Source of the DNA: Phoronis australis
Taxonomy: Eukaryota > Animalia > Phoronida
Reading direction: 5' to 3'
Assembly: GCA_002633005.1 (NCBI GenBank)
Contig: NMRA01000176.1
Span: 503,639 to 567,151 of the forward strand
DNA: 63,513 nt
Below are positions 24,691 through 38,300 of the stretch, one piece after another. Each line of letters begins with the position of its first letter. The first letter of the stretch is position 1. The notes beneath the pieces were generated by a model. The model ran no database searches, was not told where the DNA came from, and saw nothing but the letters and a program-made list of their open reading frames with translations. The position numbers and the translations under genes were made by a program.

Positions 24691-26664
24691 ACCGGTCAAG
24701 TTTAAAGATGAGCCCCATCTAGTGACCGAAATATTTTTGCTACAAAAACAGCTTTTTAAAAAAATGCAAAAGTGCAAGTGTACACGAGGAAACGTTTTGA
24801 AATTTTAACTATAGTCACATACATGCAGATGGAAACCCCAAAGTACCCACAGCCAAGAGCTACGGCCCACCGCACAGCAATGGCACGATTGAGAAACTCA
24901 ACGATGATGTCAGTTCTATACAGTGCTCTACAATGGAAGCCTCATTGTGTCCGTCTTGTAAGTCGTGACAGTGTACATTGTACAGTGTGGTTGATGCTAT
25001 CGAACAAGATAGTGTGACGCATTCGGGTCATAGAGACAGCAATACATTTGTTGATATTAGCGATAGCAGTATCAGGGAGTTCTAAATTCCACACAAGCAA
25101 ATTAATCACATTAATTTTAAGTAATCTGACGGTTTTGAAACATATGATAACACTCCCAGTAGCCTGACGGGAAAGGCGTGACACTGGCAAACCCAAGGGC
25201 GAGTAATCTTACCTCGGAGGAATTGTCCTGGAAACACACATTGGTAAAACGTTACATTCCACATTTTTTAATTATAAGTAAAAGAAACGTCATGAAACAT
25301 CGAAAATCAACGCCTTGTGCTTCAAGTGCGGCACGTGGGGCTCCACTGCAGATTTTAGACAAAAAGTTGTGAAATTTCAGTTTTGGTTTTCAAACTCACG
25401 GGATTTGACACCAAAACCTAATCAGTGAACACTAGACTAAATTACTATGTCATCATGAACCTGAAGTATGTGTTATTCGGCAAAACCGGGCAATAAAAAT
25501 TATAGAAAAAATGAAATGCAATAGAAACAAAATTGATGTCCACGGTTACCGGCTTAGGAGGGTTTGAAGCTTAATGTCTGCGAGGTCATTATTGAATGTG
25601 ATGGAGAATTTTATGACTTGTCTCCAATACATGTAGCTGCAAATTCGTAAATGCCGTGCTACATTTTACGAACATGTGATTACAAATCTCTATTGAAAAC
25701 CTCCGCCCGCCACTAAGAACATGTGAAGAGTTACGACGCCGGCAGATACAATATTTTATACTTCATTTCAACAAGATAATAGAACTTAAAAACACATGTG
25801 GGGAAACAATATTCACATTCAAACTTCCCAACTCTACTTGATTTAATGTTTACACTAAATCTGCTACTAATGATATCAAAAAAGTTATGTCAAGAGTTGA
25901 TTCGCTAATTTTCATATTGTTCCATATCTTGATAACACCAATATGTTTTTTTAATTTCCTTAAACTACAAGTGGTCTTGGAACAAGTGTTGTGCTATTGT
26001 ACAGATGTGATTGAATTTATAAAAAATAATCTCCAAATCATACAAATCAGTTAATTTTTCTTAACTACGTAGTAAAAAGTTAGTGCCTACGCAATTGAAA
26101 ACCGTGTTTGTATTTTGCTTCAAAATGGAAACTATACATGTACATGCTCTCATAAGAAAACATGTATTTAAAATTTTTTTTACGAGTCCACAAATAGAGC
26201 ACTTGTCATTTTGCAATATTCCCATTTTTAAAATATATTTATTATTAGCTTTTGTGCTGATGATTTCAATAATACTCTTTTAACTGAGGCTGGAACAAGA
26301 GTTTGAATGGCAGACCACAGAATGCGTTTAATTTTCTGTTCAGAACATAATTCCAGCAAAACGTGATCATCATCTGGAACGGATGTCCCCCTGGACAGCC
26401 GAACAGCAAGTTCATAATCTGATCCGGTCCAGAGTCCTTTATGCTACTGACTCCATCCAAAACTATGTTATCTGAAACGGTAATAGCCAGAGCGTTGAAA
26501 TGGATTCAATTGCTCAATTGTACTTTTTCGTCAAAACTTTCCAAAATGACAGATCAAAATCAAAAGTCAGTAACTCATGGACAATAATTATCCACGGTTT
26601 TCCACTTATCAAAATATTTCTGTTATTCCATGCAAGTTGATTTTTCAAACTAAACGTATATTGC

Positions 26665-27080
26665 ATTACTCTTATGCAGATTCGATTAAACACACGGCAT
26701 TTTTCGTTATTGACAGTCTTTATTCCGTTTCGTTTGTATGATTGTTCGGAATAAAACTCAACCCTCAACAGAGGCATATACAGTGGGACACGGCAGGTGT
26801 GAAGCACTGCAAAGAATGACAAATGAAGGGGTCCCACTGGGTTTGTCTCCAGCTTACATGTATGCTCTGTGGTGCCATTACTGCGGCATTTTATTTCCAC
26901 TTGAGAATGAAACAAGTGTGTTTCGAAATATCGTGTACCTTTTAATCATGTCTCTAGGTCAGTTACATGTACTTCGCCAATGTTCCGTTGAGTGTATAGT
27001 TTTAATCCGAACATATGAACGAAACGGATTAAAGACTGTCAATAACAAAAAGTGTGGTATGTTTAATGAATGCAGCATAT
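26665..27080. mobile_element. MITE-like inverted repeat (~100-bp arms)
   Basis: ttattgacagtcttta.tccgtttcgtt..tgttcgga (26708-26750) is the reverse complement of tccgaaca..aacgaaacggattaaagactgtcaataa (27006-27045). Confidence 0.75.
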
Positions 27081-28207
27081 CGGAAAACTTGCTCCCGAAG
27101 TACAGCCAATATTCTAACATTAGTCTCCTGCTCCCTATTATATCACAATATAAGGAAATGAATTTTCTAAATTTAAATTTCTTACAAGCACAATTGGATT
27201 ACGAGATTAAACAGACTCCATACTTTCCAAAACATGTGCAGAGGAAAGCGTTTATTATTTTTCATTCACTGCTTTTAATAGTTGTTTTGTCCATGTAATT
27301 AACAATGATACAAGATGTTTACGCCTGGATCAGATAAACCCCTTTCCGTGAAATATGCGGCGACGCCTCTTGGAGGTTTATTTGCCGGATAAAATTGTGA
27401 GGAATAATATTTACCTCTAGTCTTTTGCTAGGAGGCATTTCCAAGGTGCTCATAACAAAACTGTTGTGGACTGGGCAAGTTTTGACAACTCAAGTCTAGA
27501 TAATAACAAACAAAGGCGTTGACGGGGTCACTTTGTGAACAAGCTGATAATCTTCCATGGTATCAGAGGTACATGTAAATGTACATGTCAGTCCAGTCAG
27601 CGGGGAAATTTATGTAACTGGGAATTATCGTGACCGACGTGTATTTAAGATGATTTATGGAAGAAAATACGATGTATGAAGTTTCATGTACCTTTCTGCA
27701 ATAAATTAGCCCGAGACTAGCATTACACTTATAGTAGGCTACGAAAGTAGATGACTTGAACTCAAAATGAACTTTCAAAAGATTGAAAATGCAAGTTAAA
27801 AGTGGTATTTCAAGCTTCTATAACTTCCAATTGAAAGGTTGGCAATCGTTACGCTTGGAACAATGCTAAAAACATAGTCGATTTCGGGAGTGGGTTATGG
27901 GGGGAGGGAAGCGAGCGGTAGGCCCGTTCCGCTCCCAACACGGACAAAAAACAACCACCATGCATATGCAGTGCACCACAGGGGGCTGGGACCACACCCC
28001 CTCCCACTTATTTCAGTGCTGGGCCGCCCATGGGATGGCGTTTTAAGGGAGAAGCTAACCTTTTGCCTTTGATCGCTTGTGCCATCGTAGATGCGGTCGG
28101 GTTTTTAGCTTGAAAACTTCATCACCCATTACTAGTGAAGGAAACTCCCGCGGACACGCTGAACCACGGGTGAGGCTCCCTGAGTTAACAGCGGCCGACG
28201 TACAGGA

Positions 28208-29050
28208 CATAGGCGGAATTAGGGGGGGGGGGGGGGGGGGGGNAGCCCCCCTCCTTGGCTGCCGCAAAAAATAAAACAGCAAGAACGTAAGGAAATGTTG
28301 ATTTTATTAATTAACCCCGGTAATTAACATTATACGGCGGAAACAAGATTTAAATGTGTGCAGTTTTAGTGTGTTAGGAGAAACTATGGCTAAATATAGA
28401 CTCTCCCGCGATATCCCAGGTGACCGATAGTGGCGCTGCGCACTACGACTCCGTTTCCGTCGTCTGATTCACTGTGCAATGAAGAAAATTACTTCATTTT
28501 TTAAAGAAAATGAAATCTGAGAGACGATGAAAAAACAGAAATTGCTGATAAGATGTGAATTTTAATCGAAGCCTTCGTGAATCACTCATAAACTCGTAAT
28601 TCTCTCTTTGTCAAACCTTAACAAAGCAATCGCGTCATTAATGCCAACACAAAAAACGGATTTGGTCTTTTGGGCAATTGAAGATTATTTTAAATATAAC
28701 AAATTTGTTACGAAATGATTGCACAAATATAAAAAGTGTAATAAGCATTACAAAAAGAAGTAGGTTTCGCGCGCAAACGCTGTGGACCATAAACAAGTAG
28801 ATCCCTTATAATTAAGAACATGAATGAAGTCGTGGTGGTGCAGTGGTAAAGCACGCGCCCCCTATCCGCCAGGTCGTGAGTTCGAGTCTGTGTGCACTGC
28901 CATTTTTCATGTTTGACACGTTCCGTTCGTTTCCTTTTTCTTTTTTACTTGGATAATATTTCAGGAATCAAGGAAAATGCTTCATTTTTAGAGGAAAAAC
29001 AGATAAATTTTCCTGGGCGGGAGGGGGGTCAGCCCCCCCATTCGGTGCCT
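28208..29050 (+). mobile_element. Non-autonomous element family E containing a tRNA-like A/B-box segment (second copy 51239-52120)
   Basis: It starts cataggcgga.ttagggggg and shows long similarity to 51357-52035. The tRNA-like segment gtcgtggtggtgcagtggtaaagcacgc...gttcgagtc lies at 28829-28888. Confidence 0.85.
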
Positions 29051-29322
29051 TGTCTAATGTCGGTATCGCAGGTAATTAAATTTTGAACCCATAGTCCTTT
29101 GACAAGTTGCCAAGACCTTAGCATCCTCCGAGGCTAGTGCTACTAGCCGAGTTCGCTCTCACCAATCAACGACCAGTAATTGTCTCCAGTTGATGATAAC
29201 AAGACAATGCCCACCGATAAGACAGGGGAAATTACATCTTATCGGAATTGAGATTGACAGACAGACCTGTAATTAGTAGACTTCAAAGCTACCTTACTGC
29301 AAGGATGCGATCGGACGCAACG

Positions 29323-32300
29323 ATGAAAATTTTGTGTCTACTCATTGTCACGATTTGTCTGAAATGTGAGTAAGTGCTTTCTAAAAGAACTGTCTGACGT
29401 TTGCATTAAATAGTGAAAATGTGGTTCATCCAGGTGGACATCGATTCATATCCTGAAAATGTATATCATGATTAAAAGTTTGTTATCGCGTATTTATTAT
29501 TGATGAATTTCGACCTCTTTAGCGGGTTAAAAACAAACATCAAAAGTTAGCCTTTTTGCTCAGGCCTTCTCACAATAATCCTTTTCACGACAGAATTTCA
29601 TTTCCTTTAACATCAAGAACGTCTAAACCATCAACGACTCAAGAAATGCTTAAGACCATGGTGGGGTTGGCCAACCCTAAAATTGTGAATTCGAGAGTTG
29701 TACAAGTACGTATCGCGTTGGTAATGGAAATGAAATCCCGTCATGGTGAGGAAAATTGTGGAACCGATGGCATAAGAATAAAAGGCGTGATTCGATTTCC
29801 GTTTTTAGACCGCTAAACAGGGTGGAATTCAATTTTAATATTTTTACTTCAATGTTGATCTGAGACCAAAGAGTCGGTTTGATAGAGACTTGGTTAAATT
29901 CAGGAGGTCATTGGAGTTATGTATTTAGCACTACAGTTGTCGAACGTGACTTTCTCAGGGTAGAGTTCATTAACGCTAGGACCTCGTTAAAAAGCAAGAT
30001 TTCGCGAGATTACGTGCGATATTGCAGTGTATTTTGGCTAGATTTTATAGAGGTCCTAACGTAGATCTTAGCGTTACCAATTATTATTTCTGACACTAGT
30101 GTTTGGCCACAAATATATTAAAAGTTCAAAAAGTCGCGGTAACAAAGCAATTCACTGTAAGACGTGGCGTTTCGCTTCATTAATGTCAGTATCTTCGGCT
30201 AAAAGCTGGTTAAAAATGTTATTGTTCAAATAAGCACAGTAAACCCGGTGCTCGCTAACGAGTAGGAGTTACGTTGTATATCGTATTGACTGAAACAATT
30301 ATGATATTTGTTTTATTGGGCTTACTTAGAGAGGCATTTGTAATCGGTGAAAAGAATGTCAAACCTCAGTCAATAGAAATGATTGAAAGTATTGTCCAAA
30401 GCCTGCCACTCAGCTGATGTTGTAAGGATAGTAACTTCATAGAAACGCAAAGTGAAACCATTCCATCATTGGCGATGAAAATTCCTATGACTGGCTGATT
30501 CACAGAATTTTAATGAGATTTCTTTCAACTTGCAGTTATGTTTACTTCTTGTTTGCATTTCTTGTGCACTGTGATACAACTAACTTGATATATAAACATT
30601 GTCAATGTTTAACATACACTCACTGATACTCTATTCAAAATTTCAAGTTCGTATGTACTATGGCGCACAGTAGCAACAAACGTTCTTATGCAAAACAATC
30701 GAAGAGTGAGACAGGAGCTGCCTTGCCTTTGACTCAGTTAGGTGGAACTTGATTTCAGACAGTGTCCAACTTTTTATTTACTTCTAAAAGCGAATATTTT
30801 CCCACATAAATAATACTCCCACTCATTTCTAAACCATAACGTTTAATGTAATTGTTTGGATAAAAAATAAATGTCCAGCTGTTTTAGAAGTAAGCTTTAC
30901 TTTTTATGCGATTCCTCATTGCTAGGCGCCGACGCTTCCAGTGAACTGCTATCGTGCAGCTTTGAGACAGCCGACTTGTGCGGGTTCACTGACGCAATCG
31001 TTAATGGCGGCACAACGTGGACACGACTCAACAAAAAGACTCCTTCGACAAATACTGGTCCAATATCTGATCACACAACGGGACGCGGTAGAGTATATTA
31101 TTTTGAATAAAGAAAGTAGTTCAAACTGACAACGATAACTAATACACCAAAAGATATTTTTGGAAAACACATAATGTAGATGAAACCGTCACATTCATTA
31201 TGGAGTACAACTCCGAGTCTTCCTTACTTACAAAGGTTGTCTCGATAGTGATGCCTGAGATCCTGTGTTAGATGTGTTCTGGAGAAACTGAGATGCACAT
31301 GGATCCGCAACCCCATATGTTCAGTAGCAATGTTTTCGCCCTAAACAACGAACTGAAATTTTCCCTTAATCTGAATCTCCAGTTACGAGAGGTATCCTCG
31401 TTAGCTCAGAGTAAACAGAGACGGGCACGCATGGTAACAAGTCATGGGTTGACGTTTCTGTCAATGGAAGACAAACCTCCTAAAATCTTTGCATTTGAAT
31501 ACTCAAAAATGTAAAAGATCTGCCGTAATATATTTGCTTTCTTCGACACTTGTATCAGCTACAGTACATCCAATCTCATACGTTTCCAGGATATTTCATG
31601 TACGTTGAAGCAAGTAACCACGAAAACAAAAAGGCAGTTCTACAAAGTCCTAAAATTGGTCACAGCGGCCAACCAAGGTGCTTGATTTTCTTTGTGCATA
31701 TGTTTGGAGCAATAATGGGGACGTTAAATGTGTACTCCGGTTCAACTCAAACAACAGCTCTGTTCTCTTTATCAGGTGAGTGATATCATTCTTGTATCGA
31801 GTTTCATTCTTCATTTCTTGCTTTCTCTTATTGACTTGGGCGTCAAAACTGAAGCGTTGATATCAGGGAGTGGCCACTTTTGCATCTCATGTTAATTTCG
31901 TCTGCAAATATATTTTTCCAGATCTTGCATTTGTATTGCAGTGATTACCAGTACAATCAAAACGTGTAAGTTTAGAAAATAAGCCCCTGTTTTTCCTTTT
32001 GGCAGAATATCGAGTTCGTTGTCACGGTGACTGGTTCTATATTTCTTATATCAAATGTTGCACTTCAAGGTAATCAGGGAAACAATTGGAGGAAGATCAA
32101 AGTACAACTCCCCAGCAGTACGAAGAGAATTGTCTTCGAGGCTATCGTTGGTGCATCATACCTGTCTGATATTGCCATCGATGACGTCACTGTTCAGGAT
32201 GGAAGTTGTGCAGGTGAGTATTCGTTTTTGCAGACGATAGTCTGACGTGAACACCAGCGATAGACCACTTGCGGGTTTCCAAATTTAGAAGAACAGCGGG

Positions 32301-35300
32301 GCAATTGTCGCACCATAAATCATAGACAACGCACTATAGTCTATGGCTGCATAACATCGCTAGAGCGCGCAGCACGTGGAAAGTGAGGACGGTCGAGGCC
32401 TTACAAGCCTCAACCGAGTTCCCTCTGCGTAGTAACAGGTTGACACCATTGCATCAAAGGAAGTTGGACAAAAATCCACTTCGCTTCTTATTTCGCAAGA
32501 GGTCCAGCAAACGTCTCATATCATGGTCTCCAAGACTGGATGGCCTGTTTTACGCGTACAGTGGCAAACGTGCTTTTTTAAAGAGCCAGCATGAAGACCT
32601 CATATTGGAATAATCGACAATCAAACTCTCGTAACATGGTCTTCATTCTGACACGACGGTACGCATCACTCATCTGATGGCACTTGCCACTTTGAGGGCC
32701 ATTAAATATTAATCAAGCCTATGTTATCGTCGAATATTGACATAAATGTGCTTTTTGGAAATGTCCAGAGGCAACCCAGGTGTTACGGGCCGTTACATGT
32801 ACATGTATGTCCTGGGCCTCGTCTGGAATGCTAGGTATTACGGGCCATTTCGAAACAGATTGTACGTGTAGTTTGCACTTCAGTCCACTTGCTAGTGAAA
32901 GGTGGTCCTTGCTTACATAAGCGGGAGGCGGGACTACTTTCCCCACATAGAAAATTCGGGCAAAACAAGAAAAATCGAGCAACGGAAAATCCAATTATGA
33001 AGTACTTGAATGGTATGAAATCTGTGGGTGAAACAGGTGGCGACCGGGGAGGGGTTGAAGCGAAGTTGGTGCCGACTGGAGTGTGGTGTGAAGTGGGTGG
33101 CGACCGGAGGGTTGCGAGGAAAATTTGGTGGTGACCAGGGATTGAATTTGGTGGCGATCAGATTATCCCGGGAAACTGATGACAACGAGGTTTGTGAATT
33201 TTGCCTTCAACTTCATTCGGGCAAAGCTGTGTCATTTACTTGGTTACCGACATACATGATAACATGGTAAAATTATTAGCGTGCTATAAAAAGTCAAACT
33301 CAACCCTCAGGTACAATTCTTATTGAAATTTAAGGCCCGTGACAGTCCGAAGTGGTGATTATGCCGAGCTACATTGACCACTACCTATGTGTAGTCGGTA
33401 AATTATAAACATGCATGCAACTTTCACTAGGCAAGACGACTACGGAAGCGCCGACCTCAGCACCGCCCCGTGGTTCATTTAAATGTAATTTTGAAATGGG
33501 CTTGTGTGGGTTCAAACACGACGGAAGTGATGATTTCGACTGGACGAGACACAAAGGAAGTACTTCGTCTCAAGATACTGGACCTTCTACCGACCACACC
33601 ATGAGAAATTCAGGAGGTACTTGAGTAGAGATCTAATGTTAGATATATCGTTTTCAAGTGAATGCCTGTCGGCTCGATATAAAACATAATTTCGTATAAA
33701 TTAAGGAAAATATGACTTACGCAGAACAACAATTTGCTTTTTAGGAAATGTGTATCTGCATATTTAGATGCAGTTTGTTGATTGTTGAGAATAACACACA
33801 CCACTAAAAGAAATCGTACAGTATACTTGCAAGTTACCTGGAGGCTGCCATCTTGTGACTAGACTAAAAATTAGCTTTACTGGATGCATGCTCGGACCAT
33901 AGTTTGGTTCAAAAGCCAATGGTTCGACCTTAATGGTAGACTAGAGGTGTTCTCTTGGGACTATGGTGGCTTAAGTTCCATATAAGGTTCCAGTTGAAAA
34001 TTTTCGTTGATCAACGTAGTCTCGTTTGTAGCCTATAAGGGCATTAGAGTGTGGTGAATAACCGTATATGTGACACATGGTTCTTTATCGGTCAATCAAG
34101 TATGCGGTCAAATTAGGTATTGTAATCAGCTGAACTTAAAATAACAGTTACAACCTTAACTGACGTAACTTGAGTCAACACGGGATGTTCTCGCCACGTC
34201 CACCACTTACAATGTCAGTCCAGCAGAAAAGTTTGTTTTGGTTTACGGCACAACTGTGCTTCAGCCAATTTCGTTTACCATAAATCAAACAATGAACAGC
34301 GTGGAATGAAAATCATTGAACAGCAAGTGAAAAAAAAAACATTTATCTTAGAAAAATGGCTGAAAATGACAGAAATAAGAGACCATTAAAGATATTAAAT
34401 TATGCATGCGAATCAGGGGTCTGCTTCATGGAAGTGACCTATAAGACTAAAGACAGAAATTAGGTCTTACGCTTCCTTTTCACAATTACCAAAAATAGGT
34501 TTAGGCATGTCAGTATTAGCCCATCACTGGCTGGAAATAATTTGTACACATTGCCTCAGGAAGTAGCAGTTACTTTCATATTCTCAGCTACTTTGTTCTC
34601 GCGCAAAAGTTAGTTTTATTCATTTTTCAGAAATAGTTATGTGGAGCGTAAATATCTGGCTTAAGTCTTAAGTCACGTTTCTTGTATTATACTCCAGATA
34701 GCAGGTTAATATGGTACAAAATCTAACCAAATGGCTCCATTTTGGGGTTGTTCAACACGTTCTAATGCGAAAGGAGATGCTGGAAACGAGACTAAATGAC
34801 ACGCAGAAATCTGTGTGTGGAAATCAGAGTGCACGCCTCTGTGTCGGCATGTGTAGTGATACATGTACACATAATACAGCAATGAGCCTACACAAGTGAT
34901 TTGTTTCGTTTGAAAAAATCCCGGAACTTGTGTTTACATGTAATATGTATCGATTTAGTCTGTCCTTAAGGTAGCAGCAACCGCCAGCTATAAAAAATGT
35001 TATATAGATGGAGCTTTATATTTCTCAGTCCGAAAATTTGAATCCTATTGTCCAACCCGTCGGAATTTAGTCGAATGAAACATTGTACTTCGTTTTATTA
35101 ATAGGCAAGAAGTCATGTTTACTGGATAACTTCACAGCCCCACCTCTTGTAGTAGCCTACTTGGAAAGAATGTACGAATTTCAATGGCTGCTTTTGATTG
35201 ACGTCACCGATTCCACCGGGCGAGCGTCCCGTAACGCTAGGACCTACCCTAGGACTTAGCTATATACTAGCCAAAGTCACGTGTTCTCATTAAAATGCAT

Positions 35301-38300
35301 GGCAATATCTCACGTAATCTCGCGAAGTCTTGCTTTTTAGCTAGGTCCTAGCGTTACTGAACTCTATCCTGAAAACATCACGTTTGACAACTGTACTGCT
35401 AAATACATAATTCCAATTACCGGGTCAATCGACTACGACATCGGTTGGTTCTTCCGGCTTACAAACCATTCAGATGTCACCGCTGGTCGAACCGGCGAAA
35501 CCGGCGAAATCAATCAGCCACTGAATTAGTACCACCTCTTGTGGTCTTTTCCTCGAAATTGTTATGATGTACATTACCAAGTTGGTGAAGATATTTATAT
35601 AAAATATAAATTATGTACACCAGTGTCGTAGCAAGAATTAATGTCCCACAGGGCGGTATGTAACCGACACTGCCCTCTTCCCCTCTGCACTCCACTCGCG
35701 GCCAATTTCATGCCAATCCTCCCCACAGATAAATTCCATGTCGAAAAATTCAGTAGGCATTGCAGGTCAGTAGTTGGAGTTCCAGATTCCCACATGTATT
35801 TCGTAATACCCAGGCAATCATCAAATTTAACAAAAGTGTCCTCTCTCTCTGAACTCGGCCTTAACAGTTGATGTTTGGAGGGGAGTGGATACAAAACTGA
35901 ATGTAACACGAAAGATATCTCCAGGGGTCGCCACCGCTGTCGCTCCCCTCCGTCGCAGCCAATTTCGTCCCGCCATTATCTTGGATCGTTTCAAACTGCG
36001 CAGTCCCGTCTCCGTGGGTGTCACCAATCATGTCGCCTATCACCACCAAAATTCTCGCCGCCTTTTGCCCCTGCCACCAATTTCAATTCCCCGCTTTTCT
36101 CTTTTGAGCTTCCACCGGGTGGCGAGAGGGCAGTCCACCCACCCCGCCTCATCGTTACGTCAATGGATTACAATGACTGAGTCACGTCTGCATGCATCCA
36201 CACATAATCTAAAAAAGTTTTTCAATATTTTTGTTTCACGCCTTTTTTGCACTGAACTTAGGTCACCGACCGAATATTTGCGACTGAAATATTATCTATA
36301 ATTTCACATTTAATGGCAGGTTACTACATGTTCATTGAGACATCTACTCCACGTGCTAAGGGAGATACGGCAAAACTCATTTCTCCGAAATTCGCTGCAC
36401 CAAAAGGTGGCTGTCTGGTGTTTTACTACCACATGTATGGGGCTTCAACTGGCGAACTCGTTGTCAGCACTCGAGTTGGAACAACAGACCGAAAGAGGTG
36501 GAGTGAGAAAGGTAAAATAATTAATTCAGAAATCTTGATTTTTTACGAAGAATTCTCTGTTTAGTGAAATGCGAGGACAATAAAGTTGGTGAAAATATGA
36601 CAGATACATAAAAGTAATATAACACGTTGGTTAGCCACAACAATAACACATTACTGCGCAACACGCAGCCAATTTTAAACAATTGTTTTTGACACCCTGC
36701 TGAAGTCCCACAATACCACGTTTGTAATAGTTTTAACTCGTATGCTACCTATATGTAACTACACTAATAAGTTGGCTTCGACAAAATCAGCCGCAGACAT
36801 ACGTAGTGACTGCACTATACCATGCAAAATAAATTTTTGAGACGAGGCATTATTAATATGCTTAATGACATGAGTGGTTCATAAAAGTTACCTTAAATTG
36901 GAATTTCATGTTACTCCACATTTGCTATGTTGGTCAATTCTCATAAACGAAACAGTCACGAAGAACCATAAAAATGATCAGATTTGGCTAACTTCAAAAC
37001 CTCATTACTCAGAAATGACTGAATTAATTCATGCTGATTTTACGCAATGTTCTCCAAAACGCAATAAGGAATTGTTTTAAAATGTTCTCCGCTTTTGCAT
37101 AAAGGGCCATCAAGGGTAGGTTTTCATGAAAAATCATAAGTTGCATAAAACAAAATCATATTTTAAAAGATTATTACAGCATTTTAGATATGATCCTAAA
37201 ATTTAGATTACATAAAACATAGTCATGCTATTCATTCCGCTGCATTGCTAAATTTTACTACAAATGCACTTTCTCGTGACCTAATTTATGGCAAATTTCC
37301 AAAAAGTCAACGTTTAAATTCTACAAACTTTGTATGTTCAGAAACATATACCTTTACCGAGTTAAATTCCGTGGTCTTGTTGCACAGTCTTGTCAATATA
37401 ATCCTCAAATATCACTCCCGGATATGTCTTGACTCGCGTAAGTTTTCACCTAGGGGGATTTCATAGAGTTTTGGAGTCATACTGTATTACGTCAACTCTT
37501 TCACACACTGAACTACCGGCTATTTAGAACCTTACGTTCTGTGCGGTTAGTGAGAAATGTAAACCAATTGGCTTGCCAAGCATCTACATGTACATGTGCA
37601 ATAATTCTACCTCAATTGATCTCTAGTAGAAAACAAAATTAAGTGAAAACGTTACCAGGTTTCGTTTTCGGGGAGTTGTATATCCGTCCAAATTTGAAAG
37701 ATATTATTGCAAACTTTCTAACAAACAAACACACAAAGAAACAATCTTATAAATAAACACTATCACATAACTGGGTGTACAGGGTAAGAACTGATTCAAA
37801 TCGCAACTATTGCAACAACGACGCCTTGTCGTAAAACATGTTAATTAACATATGCCTTTTAAACCTATTAATTTACTTTAATTTGAAAAGGACTCAATAT
37901 CAACTCGTGGACCAGAGCTGAAGTTGATCTGCCTTCTGGCGATTTCCAAGTAGTGTTTCAAGGTGTGACAGGAACTAGCTACCAGGGCGATATAGCCATA
38001 GACGACATATTGATGGTACCTATACCTTGTACAAGTGAGTGTGGCTTCAAAGCTATTCATTAAATTCCCATAGCTGGAGACTCAAGAGCTATGCTTTGAA
38101 AGACCTGCACAAATGCAAAAATTGAGTAGCAAGTTGTATAAAAAGATGCTCTTGAGTCGTCCTATGGCACCACTCCAAGACAATAATCTCAAACACTCAA
38201 TACTTTTGAGATAGTATGCGTGTGCGTGTGTGTGTGTGCGTGTGTGTGCGTGTGCGTGCGTGCACGTGTGGTGGTCCAGAGGACTTTGTAATCGAATGCT

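Noticed and set aside
26514-27298. ORFs 26738..27298(+) and 26514..26915(-) as genes
   Set aside because: They overlap an inverted repeat (both encode RNG.KTVNN.KC from opposite arms) and show no recognisable domain.
28829-28895. Functional tRNA gene (also 18712-18790, 51815-51880, ~56660-56730)
   Set aside because: Only A/B-box or T-arm remnants are present, I could not fold a full cloverleaf, and two of them lie within a repeated element.
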